Below, piece after piece: positions 24,356-36,741 of a DNA stretch of 64,000 nt. The position numbers and the translations under genes were made by a program. Below the pieces are notes generated by a model that saw nothing but the letters and a program-made list of their open reading frames with translations, had not been told where the DNA came from and did not search any database. Position 1 is the stretch's first letter. Every line of letters begins with the position of its first letter. The stretch comes from Piromyces finnis finn. Its lineage: Eukaryota; Fungi; Neocallimastigomycota. The DNA lies in contig MCFH01000061.1 of assembly GCA_002104945.1 (NCBI GenBank), forward strand, positions 124,001 through 188,000. Direction: 5' to 3'.

Positions 24356-26397
24356 TGTAAAAGTTTTACTAAACTTATAATTTAATATTAAAATATTAAA
24401 TTAAATAAAAGGTTAAAAGATAACTAGGTTAGAAAAAAAAATGTTTTATTAAAATAATCTTAATTGATTTATAAATGAATAATTAAATTATATATTATGG
24501 TTAAAATAATTTCTTTTATTTTATTTAATAATATATTGCTAAAATATATAATAATAAGATTATTTAGTAGTAATACTCATTAAGTATTAATTATTATTAA
24601 TAGTTAATAATTTCTAGTTAATAATTTAATAATTTATAGTTAATAATTTAATAATTTATGGTTAATAATTTTTGGTTAATAATCTTTACAAAGATTTTAA
24701 TTTCATAAACTATTCTAAACTATTTATACTATTTGTAATTTTACATTTAATAATAAAATAACTTTTCAATACATGATTATATTCATAATATAATTTATAA
24801 TACTTAAACTAAACTTAAGACTTATTCCTAATTATTAAAAAATAACTATTCTTTATAATATTCATAATATTAATTATTTCTTAATTATAATATAATTCAT
24901 TGAATATAATATTAATAATTGTAATCTTCTAGTTCAGAGATTATAAATTATGTTGTTGAAATAATTATTATAAAATAAAGTTAATTAGTTCCGGGAAATA
25001 ATTTTAATTTAATTAAACAATAATTTTTATACTTTGAGTGAATGATTTATGTTTGATACATCAGGGGTGATCATTCTCTGAATAAACAATTAATCATTGC
25101 TAACAAAATATCTTTAAATTGGAATATCTCGTGAACCAGCAGAGATATTGACCTGATTTTAAGATATGTTGTTTGTCTTGAGCGTGGCTTTCTAACGAAC
25201 GTAATTACGACCAAAACATTTTTATTCAAAAATCGTCATTCGTTGAAGAGATACGCGTGTTTTTCCTTGTTCCATTTTAACAATAAGGGTTAAAGTTATT
25301 TATTATAAAAATTATTAAGGGTTAAGGTCATATTTTAACCTTTTCTAAATTTTTAAATATTTCTTAATAAAATTTTATAATTTATTTGAAAATAAAATAT
25401 TTGTTGATTTTGAAATTTCATAAGTGATTTCACAATTCCAAGTGATCTTGAAATTGTATTTTCACTAGTATTCGTGACATCGCTCCGCCAAAAAAAAATC
25501 GAATACCAGGCGATTGAAATAATATAAAATAAAGTTGTATAATAAAGTATAATTGAAATAAATTGAAGTAGTATATATTAAATATAAACCAATATATAGT
25601 TGTATGTGTAACATGAAATAAAATGGTAACTAAATAAAGAATATATTTAATATAATATGTTGAATATATTGCAATATATGAAATAAAATTAAAAGACATT
25701 TTCTTGTGTAACATTCAGTCAAATTCATAAAATTTTTGAAAGAAATGTTGAAATTTAAATTGATCATTGAGTGAAAAAATTGAAATTCGTACGAAAAATT
25801 AAAATTTGAATAAGAAATATTATTCCTAGGATATTGAAACACTTTTTATTTTTGAAAAATGTTAACATTTGCTAAAATAATTGAAATTTCAAAAATTGAT
25901 CAAATAAACTTTAATTAATATGATTTTGAAAAAAAAAATTTTGAAATTTTTGAAAAATTTTTAATAATAAAAAATTTTTTCATTAAATACAAAAAAAATT
26001 TTGAACTAAACTTTTTGAAAAAATGTCACTGAAAGAATATTGATTTTAATGATCGATCGAGATAGTGACAATATTGAAATTGATACTATTGAATAGAGAA
26101 TAAAATAAGCATTAACAACATATAAATATTTGTAATTGTACTGCGAAAATAAATTGAAAATTATTCTCTTTAAATATTTAATTTCCATTATAAAAATTTT
26201 GTGTTTTAAATTAAATAAATTGATAAAATTGTTGGATCAAAAATAATTGAATTGAAATTTAACATTCATAGAAAAAATTTTTGAAATTTGTGTTGAAATG
26301 TATTAGATGAGTAATACAAATTATAATAAAACATAATGTTAGTGAAAGATATTAATAAATTTTAAAAAATAAAATTGTTGAAATGCAATTTAAAGAA

Positions 26398-29300
26398 TTA
26401 GATTTTGTGTTTTCTAATACTTTTATTGAATTGAATTAATAATTCTTGATATCTTGGGTCACTTTCTATTATTGTAGCAGGAACCCAGTGCCAACTTAGG
26501 CGGTGTTTATAACGAATTTTATATTCGTAGCGTTTTTCTTTATAATTTGTCCTAAAGTCACCAATTTCTATAATTTCTGCATTAGTTTCTTTATATTTAA
26601 ATCTATTTTTAAATTTATCTGGCGTAGATACATAAGGTTCAAGTTCCGATATGTGAAATACAGGGTGGTGTTTTGGAAAAGGTGATTTTGAAATATCTAT
26701 TTTATAATTACCATTGTTTAAAACTTCTAAAACCTTGTAAGGACCATACTTACGAGGCGCTAGTTTGGCATTTTCAGTAGTAGCAAAAGCAGGAGGTGCA
26801 TGAATCCAAACTTTTTGTCCTTCATTCAATTCAGGAGCAATAATTCTTTTCTTATCGGCAGCTCTTTTGTATAAATCTTGAGATCTAAGCAAAACATCTT
26901 TAACTAAAAGGAAATTTTTACTAACATCTTTAATGTATTTAAAGTTTGAATCAGAACCTTGAAACAAAAAGACATCATCCATAGGTGGGTGGAATCCATA
27001 ATTAATGAAAAATGGAGTTTGTTTTGTAGATTCATGAACTGTATTATTATAAACAAATTCAGCTAGATGTAACCATTCAATCCAGTCATCGTGGAAAAAT
27101 GTTCTTGAATAGCAACGTAAATATTGTTCAATGAAAGAGTTACAACGTTCTACTTGACCAACGGTCTCATGGTGATCTGTGGTAGCTATTTTTGGCTTAA
27201 CACGCAATTTTTCCATAATTTCTATCCATAAAGCACTAGTAAATTGTGTTCCTCTGTCCGTATAAATATCTGTAGGTAGTCCATGGAGTTTAAAAATATT
27301 TTTTAGGAAAGCTTTGGCAGTTTCTTCAGCTGTAGGTATTTCTTTGAACGGAATAAGGTGAATCATTTTTGAAAAGCGATCTACAACAACCATTATAACG
27401 GAAAACTTTTTTGATTCAGGGAGACCACAAAGAAAATCGATTTCAATAGATTTCCAAGGGCGATCAGGAATTTCTAAAGGTCTTAAAAGATCATATCTTT
27501 TATGTCTATTAACTTTATTTCTGGAACATTGTTCGCAAGAATTGACAAAATTTACGATATCTTGATGCATTTTAGGCCACCAAAAATTACGGTTAATTAG
27601 TTCTTCAGTTCTTCGAATACCTAAATGACCAGCAGTAGCGTTATCATGGTACCTGGTTAGAATATCTACATGAAGTTTTTCTGGTACATAAATTAAATTA
27701 TTATATAAAATTAAATTATTTTTTATTTTAAATTTTTCCATTTTTCTGAAAGGTCTGTAAAAGTAACCTTGATTAGCATTATTAGGACTAAAGTAAAGAT
27801 AAATATTATTCGCATTTTCATCATCCTTATAATTTTCGATTATTTGATCAATGAGGGAACCAACAATACCAACAAAACATGGAGTATCGGGAACGTTTTT
27901 ATAATCTAATATATGTTCTGGTTTAGGTTCAACATTATTTTTCTCGTAATCAGGTCTTCTTGACAAACTATCAGGTTTACCATTTTTTCTTCCTTGGCGG
28001 TATATTAATTGAAAATTATATTCTTGGAAAAATAAATGCCAACGATGTTGACGTTGGTTTCCGACTTTACCACCTAAGGTGTATAGAAGGTTTTTATGGT
28101 CAGTAAAAACGGTTACTTGGTATTTAGCACCTAGTAATAAATGTCTCCAGGTAGAAAATGCACATTTTATAGCTAAAAGTTCCTTTTCAGTAATTGAATA
28201 ATTTAATTCAGCATTGTTTAAACATCTTGAATAATATGCCACAAGATGTAATTTGTTATCTTCATCCTTTTGAGAAAGTATACAACCAATGGCAAAATTA
28301 CTAGCATCGCATTCGACAATAAATGGTTTGGTTGGATCTGGATGTAATAAAATAGGTGAAGAGATTAGTCTCTTTTTTAATTCTAAAAATGAGTTATTAC
28401 ATTTATCATTCCAATTAAAACTAGTATTTTTCTTTGTTAAATTGTGAAGCGGTTTAGCAATAGTAGCAAAATCTTTTATAAATCTTCTATAATAGTTGCA
28501 TAATCATAATCCAACAAAGCGTTGAACATCTTTTACACAATTAGGTGTAGGCCATTCTTGGACAGATTTAATTTTCTTTGGATCAGTAGATATACCATTG
28601 CCTGATATAACGTGTCCTAAAAATTCAACTTCTGGCTTGTGAAATTCACATTTCTTTAATTTAGCAAATAAATTATTTTTGAGTAATGTTTGGAGAACAG
28701 TACGAACATGTTGTATATGTTCATCTAATGTTTTCGAATAAATCAGAATATCATCTAAATATAAAATAACAAATTTTTCTAAATAAGGGCGTAATACTGA
28801 ATTAATAAATGATTGAAATGTAGCAGGGGCATTTCTTAAACCAAAAGGCATTACTAAATATTCATAGTGACCATATTTAGTTCTAAAAGCTGTCTTATAT
28901 TCGTCTCCTTCACGAATACGCACTAAATTGTAAGCAGAACGAAGATCTAATTTTGAAAAGAATTTAGCACCTTTCACTCTTTCGATAATATCAGTAATTA
29001 GAGGAAGTGGGTAAGAATTGCGAATTGTAACTGCATTTAATTTTTTGTAATCAATACAAAGACGTAACGATCCATCCTTCTTTTTCTGAAATAAAACAGG
29101 ATAACCAGCTGGAGATTCAGATGGTCTAATGAATCCTTTCTTGAGATTTTCATCTATGTATTCTTTAAGAACTAGAGATTCATCTTCAGATAGAGGATAT
29201 ATAGGACCATAATGTAAAGAAGCATCTTTTTGTAAAACGATTTTACAATCCGTTAGCCTATGTGGTGGTAGTTTATCAGCCTTAACCTTGCTGAAAACTT

Positions 29301-30105
29301 CCGCTAAATCACGATATGGTTCTGGTACTTCTTCTAATTTGAAGTCTTCTTCATTATCATCTTCATCATCAGTATTATAATCTTTTTCACTATTAGCTAA
29401 AAATGAGTGAATAAAGTAATTATAGCTGAAATTTTGATATTTTGGTTTAGAGTAATTTTTCAAATTATTAAAAGATGTATTGGAAGTTAATTTATTATGA
29501 TTAATGTTTTTAATTTTTAAATTTTTGGATTTATTCAATCGGTTTTTATTAATTTTATATATAATTTTATTAGAATTTAATTTTTTAAAATTGTTAAAAT
29601 TTAAACTTGAATATACAAAATTTTTATTATAATTAAAATGTAGTTGATATTTGTGTAAAAATTTATTGCCTAATAACAAATCTGTTGGAAGATTTTTAAT
29701 AATTAGAAATTTTTCTTTAAAAGTAATTAAAAATTTTGAATGATTAATATAGATAGTAGTCTTAAAATATAAGAAGGTGTATGTATCAATAAATATTGAA
29801 CCACTAATTCCATTTATTTCAATTGAGTGTAATAATTTGTGTGGTTTTAGTTTTAATTTATTGACCAAGTTGATTGAAATAAAGTTGCAATATGAGCCAC
29901 TATCTAAAATTAAATTGTATTGATTTTTATTAATTGAATTTTTTAAATCATAAAGTTTGTTTAATTTAATTGGGATAAAAAATTTTAAGTTGAAAAATGT
30001 TGTAGGCAATTTTTTATTTATTTTAGAGTCATATGTAGGAAAGTTGTAATATATTATTTTTGTATTATGAACTCTCTTAGACTCTCTTGAGAGTTCATTT
30101 CTTAG
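26398..30105 (-). pseudogene. Pol (family F), -1 frame to gag; PR-RT-RH-IN-chromodomain-like; one premature TGA at 28504-28506
   Basis: LILDSGS, YLDD, ECDAS, HHCC, YGPY. ORFs 28504-30009 and 26398-28242 are in frame. The stop comes from a CATAAT tandem duplication at 28499-28510. Confidence 0.92.
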
Positions 30106-31013
30106 TTTTTTGAGTTCATTTTTTGAACTTTATTGACATAATTATTATTATTGTTTGAATTTTGATAATGGGTTTTATTCTTATTGAATTTCCTATTGTT
30201 TCTCTTATTGTAATGTTGATTTTTATTATTATTATTATTGATATTTAATTTATTATTAGTAGCAAGAGAATTTTCAAAAATTATACACTTTGTAACCATT
30301 TCACTTAAAGTGTTAGGTAAAATATCAGCTTTCTTAATTTCATTCTTATATTTTGGATGTAAACCATTTAAAAATATTAGTGAAAGACTAATGTCATCTA
30401 TCTCTAAACAACGACTTAAATCTCTAAATTTGTTAATATAATCGTTCACTTTTCCATAAGCTTGTCTTAATTCTATTAATTGAATCATGGCTAATTTGGT
30501 ACTGGTAACATTTGAAAAAGCTTTGTTTAATTCACTTAATAGTTCGTTCATAGTCATAGGAGTAATACCATCTTTATATTTAATATGATACCAAGTTCTG
30601 GCAGAATCACGTAATCTAACAACAACAAAGTTAATTTTTACTTCTTCAGATAGTTGATTGTTAGGTGGAGTTTTAAAGGTAGCTTGGCAGAGTTCGCAGA
30701 ATAACTCAGTCTGAGTAGTATCACCAGTAAAGAATCCTGGATCTGGTACTTGTTTGATAGGATAGGTTCTATTACGCATTATAACATCATGATCTTCATC
30801 ATAATCAGTAGAAGATTCCTCGGTTTCAGTATAATTAGCACGACTCTTAAGTTCCTTTAACATAGCATCCATACGTTCTAACAAGGAGGTGGTATTTTTA
30901 TCCAATTGTTGAGTGATATACTTGTCTAATTCACCACAAAGATTTTTCTTAAATTCTTCTAAATCTTGAGGCTTTAGGAATTGTTGAACTGGTTTAGGTG
31001 TTGGTTGAGTCAT
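30102..31013 (-). CDS. Gag, 303 aa (family F)
   Basis: PDPGFFTG...KINFVVVRLRDSARTWY...LRQAYGKVNDYINKFR capsid pattern; homologous to 60524-61531; ends at slippery A AAA AAC TAA. Confidence 0.88.
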   Translation of the reverse strand: MTQPTPKPVQQFLKPQDLEEFKKNLCGELDKYITQQLDKNTTSLLERMDAMLKELKSRANYTETEESSTDYDEDHDVIMRNRTYPIKQVPDPGFFTGDTTQTELFCELCQATFKTPPNNQLSEEVKINFVVVRLRDSARTWYHIKYKDGITPMTMNELLSELNKAFSNVTSTKLAMIQLIELRQAYGKVNDYINKFRDLSRCLEIDDISLSLIFLNGLHPKYKNEIKKADILPNTLSEMVTKCIIFENSLATNNKLNINNNNNKNQHYNKRNNRKFNKNKTHYQNSNNNNNYVNKVQKMNSKN

Positions 31014-31550
31014 TTTTTAAATTTTTAAATTAAGTTTTTTCCTAAGGTAGTTATGGTAAAAAACGCGGTAAAGATTATTGTAAAAGTTTTACTAAACTTA
31101 TAATTTAATATTAAAATATTAAATTAAATAAAAGGTTAAAAGATAACTAGGTTAGAAAAAAAAAATGTTTTATTAAAATAATCTTAATTGATTTATAAAT
31201 GAATAATTAAATTATATATTATGGTTAAAATAATTTCTTTTATTTTATTTAATAATATATTGCTAAAATATAATAATAAGATTATTTAGTAGTAATACTC
31301 ATTAAGTATTAATTATTATTAATAGTTAATAATTTCTAGTTAATAATCTATAGTTAATAATTTATAGTTAATAATCTTTTCAAAGATTTTAATTTCATAA
31401 CTATTCTAAACTATTTATACTATTTGTAATTTTACATTTAATAATAAAATAACTTTTAAATACATGATTATATTCATAATATATTTTATAATACTTAAAC
31501 TAAACTTAAGACTTATTCCTAATTATTAAAAAATAACTATTCTTTATAAT

Positions 31551-34500
31551 TGTTAGAAATATTGAAAAACAAAGAAATATTTTTTTTAATATATATAATG
31601 AATTTAAAATTAAATTAAGATCGTTGTTAAAATATATTAAAGTATATTTTTTACATCTCATTGTATTATTTTGACATGTATTATTAACAAGCCACAATTA
31701 GTATAAATATGATTGTAATTTTCCATTTTGTAATACTTTGTAATTACCAAAATATAAAATATATTTTATTATTAAATAAAGTTTATTATTAAAAACATAT
31801 TATAAAACGTTTTGTAATTAATAGATTAAGAGTCTCAAACTGACAAAAAACAAAATGAATGCTGCTAATTATTTTTACTCAGATGAACGTCTTGACAAAT
31901 CCAATTTTGACTGCTGGTATCCAACTGTTGAATCTGTTTTAAAATCAAAAGGACTTCTAAAATACATTGAAAATGACATCATTTCAGACGCTCAAAATAA
32001 AGTCAAAGCTGGAGCTATGCGAAGCGAGGAATTAGAAAAACTGGAAGAGGAAGATTCTAAAGTTAAAGTATTTCTCTTGATGAGTACTACCTTAGAAGTA
32101 AAAGGGAAAATCAGAAAAGAAAGAACATCTTATGAAATTATAACAAAAATCAAAGAATTATATGACCCCAAGAGAAAAAAAGATGTCACTCAATATCTTC
32201 GTGAGTTAAATACATTAAATGCAAAAAGTCTGGATGTAAGTCTTGATATAATTGACAAGATAATTGAAATCTTTAATATACTTGACGAAAAGAATTATAA
32301 GTTGGGTAATTTGGAAAAAACGAAGTATATATATGCCGCATTGCCTATTGAAGTTCAATCAAGATTAACCCTAGACCCAGATATTGAACCAAATAAGTTT
32401 ATTGAAGAAGCCAAGAAAATCGTTAATGTTTTACAATATTATTTAGGAAAAACATCAAAAAATGAAAATAAACCTAAGAATATCGAAGATTTAATGGATA
32501 TTGATTATGTAACCAAATTTAGACCAACTAAGCCACTCGATAATAAAATTAAAAGAGAAGAAAATTATTGCTATATATGTGAAATGAAAGGACATAGTAC
32601 TAATAAATGTGGATTTAATATAAAAGTACGTGAAGAAAGAAGAAGAAACAGATCTAAAAATAAAAAACATTATAATAAATGGAACAAAAAAGGAAAACAC
32701 ATTGGAAATGTTGAAAGAACCAATAATCACTTACATGAAGATATTGATAATGATAATATTTGCTTTGATGAACTCCAACCATTATTTGAAAAACATGTTG
32801 ATCATATTGAGGTATGTTCAATAAAAGAAAAATACATTGATAAAACAAACAAGACTTCAACTAGCCAAACAGAAAATAATAAATTTTACAAAAATATAAA
32901 TAGCATAGATAATGCTTGCAACAATGAAGTATTGTGGACATATGACACAGGATGTTCAGAACACATAACAAATAACAAAAATATTTTACAAAATTTTCGC
33001 CTTGAAAATATACATATGAAATGTGCCAACAATACTACATGTGAATTCAAAGGTATTGGTACATTTATTGGTAAAATAAACAACGAAACAATCCGTTTAG
33101 ATAATGTATACTATTCTGACAAAATTAACAAAAACCTAATTAGTGGTATCAAACTAACACAAACAGGATATCCATGTGAAATCGATTATATAAATAATAA
33201 AACAACATTAATTCTTAAGAAATATAACAATAACAAAAAATGTAAACAAGAAATTGGAAGATATATAGCTGACCCTTCCAACATCATTAAGATACCAATA
33301 AACGTTTTAAAATCTTCAATTTCTAATGTATCTACTAATAAAAATGAACTAGACGAATACAGTAATCGTCTTTGGCATAAACGCCTTGGACATTTCTACC
33401 AAGACAATCTTACAAATTACTTAAGCCTTCACAATATTAAAAAACCAGATTGTCTACAATGTAAAATTTCAAAACTTAAAAGATTACCTCACAAAGGTAA
33501 AACACCTGTTGCATCAAGAATCCTTGAAACAATACACTCCGATGTGATGGGACCAATGAATCTTATTTCTAGTACAGGTAAAAGATTCATTTTAACTTTT
33601 ATTGATGAATTTTCTAGAAAATCATGGGTATATTTACTAAATAATAAAAAGGAAGTTGCTAAAAATGTTATAGAATTTATTAAATATATTACAAACAAAT
33701 ATGATCTCAAAGTTAAGTACTTTAAGACTGACAATGGAAAGGAATACATGAACAAAAAGATTATAAATTTCTGCTCAAGAAATGGTATTAGTAAGGTTTA
33801 CTCGCCACCATATACTCCTGAAATTAATGGAAAAGCAGAAAGGTTTAACCAAACGTTAGTCAATTGTGCTAAAACTCTTTTAGCTTCTAGTAGATTAGAC
33901 ACAAGATTCTGGGATTATGTTATCAACTATGGAAATTTCTTATATAATATTAACCCTCATAAAGGTATTGGAAATTCTATCCCTAATGAAGTATTTTTTA
34001 ACAAGAAAGTTGACCTAAAATATGTAAAAACATTTGGATGTATAGCATACTATAAGGATTATTCACAAAACAAAGGAAAATTTGATAACAACTGTAAAGA
34101 AGGTATTTTTTTAGGACTTAGTTTTAAACATGACTGTTACATTATAATGGATTATCAAGATTATAAATTACACCTTGTCCGTGAAGCCGTATTTGAAGAA
34201 GATAAACCATCCAATTTCAATTTATCGAAAAGAAACCTAGATGATAATTTTAAACTACCCTCAGATGATAGATTTTCAAATGACACTGATGAAAAAATAC
34301 AAAATGCAAACAATAATCATATTAATTTTACAGATATCAATTTTCAAAATACTTATGAAAATTTAGATAATAATGATATTATATCAACTCATAAAAATGA
34401 CAATAATACTAATGATGAGATAAATGATAGTACACACTCTTTCGATGAAGACTCAGAAATTATTAGTATAACAACTGATAATAATATACAAGATAATAGC

Positions 34501-36741
34501 AATAATACAACTATTAATGAAGTTGCTATTGAAAACAATAATAGAATCAACAATACAAACACTTGTTCCAAACAAAGTTATACAATGGAAGATGTCATAG
34601 AACTTTTAGATAATTTCAAAATTTCACCAGAAAATGATTATTCTTTTAATCCAAAAAATGCTAATATAGATAAAACAAAATTAAAAAGAAGACACAGTTT
34701 TAATGATATATCTTACAACAAAAAGAAGAAAATATATCAAGAATATTTTAATTCAATAGCAAAAAGAAAATTAGATGACAACGACTATAAAATAAGTAAT
34801 AAGAAATATAAAATTAATGAAATAATTAACAATTTACCTGTTAAAAGACCTGGATGTAAAATAGATAATAATAATGTTAAACGTGCTACAAACATTAATT
34901 ATGATAGGGAAATTGCAAATATAAACATGGATTCTCCACTAACATTTAATGATGCTATAACAAGCAAATATAAAAATAAATGGATAGAAGCAATTAAAAA
35001 TGAATTAAAAAATTTATACGATAACAATATTATGAATTTAGTTTCAAAATTACCTGAAAATAAAAATCCAATTAAAACAAAATGGGTTTTCACAATAAAA
35101 CGTGACAGTAATAATGATATTGTAAAATTCAAAGCAAGATTAGTAGCAAAAGGATATAGTCAAATAAGAGGAATTGACTATGAATTAACATTTTCTCCTA
35201 CTCTTAGCATCGATAGTATTAAACTTATTATTTCATTATCAGCAAAATTTCATTGGAAAATATTTCAACTTGATATTAAAGCTGCTTACCTTAATGCAAA
35301 ATTAGATAAGGACATATATGTTACAATCCCACAAGGAGACAAAAATTATGGAAAAGGATACTGGAAATTAAACAAAGCTTTATATGGCTTAAAACAGTCT
35401 GGACGTCAATGGAACGAAACAATTACTTTATTTCTTCAAAATAATGGTTTCAAACAACTGATTTCTGAACCATGCATTTTCAAAAGAGAACGAAATGGTA
35501 TTACAACATGCATTATAGGTATATATGTTGATGATATGATCATCACTGGGAAAACGTTTGAAATTGAAAAAACTATTAAACTGATAAAAAACAATTTTAA
35601 AATATCAAATTGTGAAAAAATAAATTATTTACTTGGAATAAAAATAGAAAATAATGGTTTTAAATATTCAATATCACAAACAAATTATATTGAAAACATT
35701 TTATCTAAATATAATATTAAAAATACTCGTAAAGCAAAAACACCATGCACAGGAGATAATATAAACGAAAATAAAACACCATTCGAAAAAACCACATACA
35801 AAAGTGTTTTAGGTTCTTTGATTTATTTATCAAAATGTAGCCGACCAGATATTGCCTATGCAGTAAATAAAGCAGCCAGAAATGCGGAAAATCCAACAAT
35901 ATCTGATTGGCATAAGGTAATGAATATCTTAAAATATTTAAATTATACTAAAAATTATAAAATCGAATATTCAGGAACAGGGGAAATTTTAGCTTATTCA
36001 GACTCAGACTTAGGAGGTGACCCAAAAGATAAAAAATCAACATCAGGTCACATAATTTTGATGGGAAATGATCCAATATGTTGGTCCTCAAGAAAACAAT
36101 CTACAGTAGCTACTTCATCAATGGAGGCTGAATATATAAGCACAACGGAATGCTCAAAAAAGGTATTATGGATAAGAAGCATATTACAAGAACTATTCAA
36201 TTTTAAAAAACCAATAAAAATCTTCACAGACAATTTATCAAGTAAAACTTCTATTGAAAATGGACAATTAAACTCAAAATTAAAACATATAAATATAAAA
36301 TTTTATTTCAATCAAGACCACATTAAAAATAAAAGAATAATTTTAGAATACATCAATACAGAAGACATGTTGGCTGATGTTCTAACTAAAAATGTTAATG
36401 GACCAAAAATGAAGAAATTCTCAAACATAATTTTCAAACATGCAGAAAATTAAGTTTGACAGGGGAATGTTAGAAATATTGAAAAACAAAGAAATATTTT
36501 TTTTAATATATATAATGAATTTAAAATTAAATTAAGATCGTTGTTAAAATATATTAAAGTATATTTTTTACATCTCATTGTATTATTTTGACATGTATTA
36601 TTAACAAGCCACAATTAGTATAAATATGATTGTAATTTTCCATTTTTGTAATACTTTGTAATTACCAAAATATAAAATATATTTTATTATTAAATAAAGT
36701 TTATTATTAAAAACATATTATAAAACGTTTTGTAATTAATA
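31551..36741 (+). mobile_element. Intact Ty1/Copia element, TSD ATAAT
   Basis: LTRs 31551-31823 and 36468-36741 (one 1-bp indel seen); ATAAT on both sides; empty site in the other F LTR (~24854); PPT AGGGGAA; PBS GATTAAGAGTCTC. Confidence 0.97.
31855..36453 (+). CDS. Copia Gag-Pol polyprotein, 1532 aa
   Basis: Copia order: CCHC knuckle (CYICEMKGHSTNKC), protease WTYDTGCSEH, integrase (WHKRLGH, HSD, TDNGKEY, NGKAER), RT (KARLVAKGY, YGLKQSG, YVDD), RNase H (YSDSD, KHINIK). Confidence 0.97.
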   Translation: MNAANYFYSDERLDKSNFDCWYPTVESVLKSKGLLKYIENDIISDAQNKVKAGAMRSEELEKLEEEDSKVKVFLLMSTTLEVKGKIRKERTSYEIITKIKELYDPKRKKDVTQYLRELNTLNAKSLDVSLDIIDKIIEIFNILDEKNYKLGNLEKTKYIYAALPIEVQSRLTLDPDIEPNKFIEEAKKIVNVLQYYLGKTSKNENKPKNIEDLMDIDYVTKFRPTKPLDNKIKREENYCYICEMKGHSTNKCGFNIKVREERRRNRSKNKKHYNKWNKKGKHIGNVERTNNHLHEDIDNDNICFDELQPLFEKHVDHIEVCSIKEKYIDKTNKTSTSQTENNKFYKNINSIDNACNNEVLWTYDTGCSEHITNNKNILQNFRLENIHMKCANNTTCEFKGIGTFIGKINNETIRLDNVYYSDKINKNLISGIKLTQTGYPCEIDYINNKTTLILKKYNNNKKCKQEIGRYIADPSNIIKIPINVLKSSISNVSTNKNELDEYSNRLWHKRLGHFYQDNLTNYLSLHNIKKPDCLQCKISKLKRLPHKGKTPVASRILETIHSDVMGPMNLISSTGKRFILTFIDEFSRKSWVYLLNNKKEVAKNVIEFIKYITNKYDLKVKYFKTDNGKEYMNKKIINFCSRNGISKVYSPPYTPEINGKAERFNQTLVNCAKTLLASSRLDTRFWDYVINYGNFLYNINPHKGIGNSIPNEVFFNKKVDLKYVKTFGCIAYYKDYSQNKGKFDNNCKEGIFLGLSFKHDCYIIMDYQDYKLHLVREAVFEEDKPSNFNLSKRNLDDNFKLPSDDRFSNDTDEKIQNANNNHINFTDINFQNTYENLDNNDIISTHKNDNNTNDEINDSTHSFDEDSEIISITTDNNIQDNSNNTTINEVAIENNNRINNTNTCSKQSYTMEDVIELLDNFKISPENDYSFNPKNANIDKTKLKRRHSFNDISYNKKKKIYQEYFNSIAKRKLDDNDYKISNKKYKINEIINNLPVKRPGCKIDNNNVKRATNINYDREIANINMDSPLTFNDAITSKYKNKWIEAIKNELKNLYDNNIMNLVSKLPENKNPIKTKWVFTIKRDSNNDIVKFKARLVAKGYSQIRGIDYELTFSPTLSIDSIKLIISLSAKFHWKIFQLDIKAAYLNAKLDKDIYVTIPQGDKNYGKGYWKLNKALYGLKQSGRQWNETITLFLQNNGFKQLISEPCIFKRERNGITTCIIGIYVDDMIITGKTFEIEKTIKLIKNNFKISNCEKINYLLGIKIENNGFKYSISQTNYIENILSKYNIKNTRKAKTPCTGDNINENKTPFEKTTYKSVLGSLIYLSKCSRPDIAYAVNKAARNAENPTISDWHKVMNILKYLNYTKNYKIEYSGTGEILAYSDSDLGGDPKDKKSTSGHIILMGNDPICWSSRKQSTVATSSMEAEYISTTECSKKVLWIRSILQELFNFKKPIKIFTDNLSSKTSIENGQLNSKLKHINIKFYFNQDHIKNKRIILEYINTEDMLADVLTKNVNGPKMKKFSNIIFKHAEN

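Noticed and set aside
28504-28506. Programmed stop-codon readthrough in F pol
   Set aside because: The TGA arises from an exact 6-bp tandem duplication inside the conserved GLCNYY motif, so it is a mutation.
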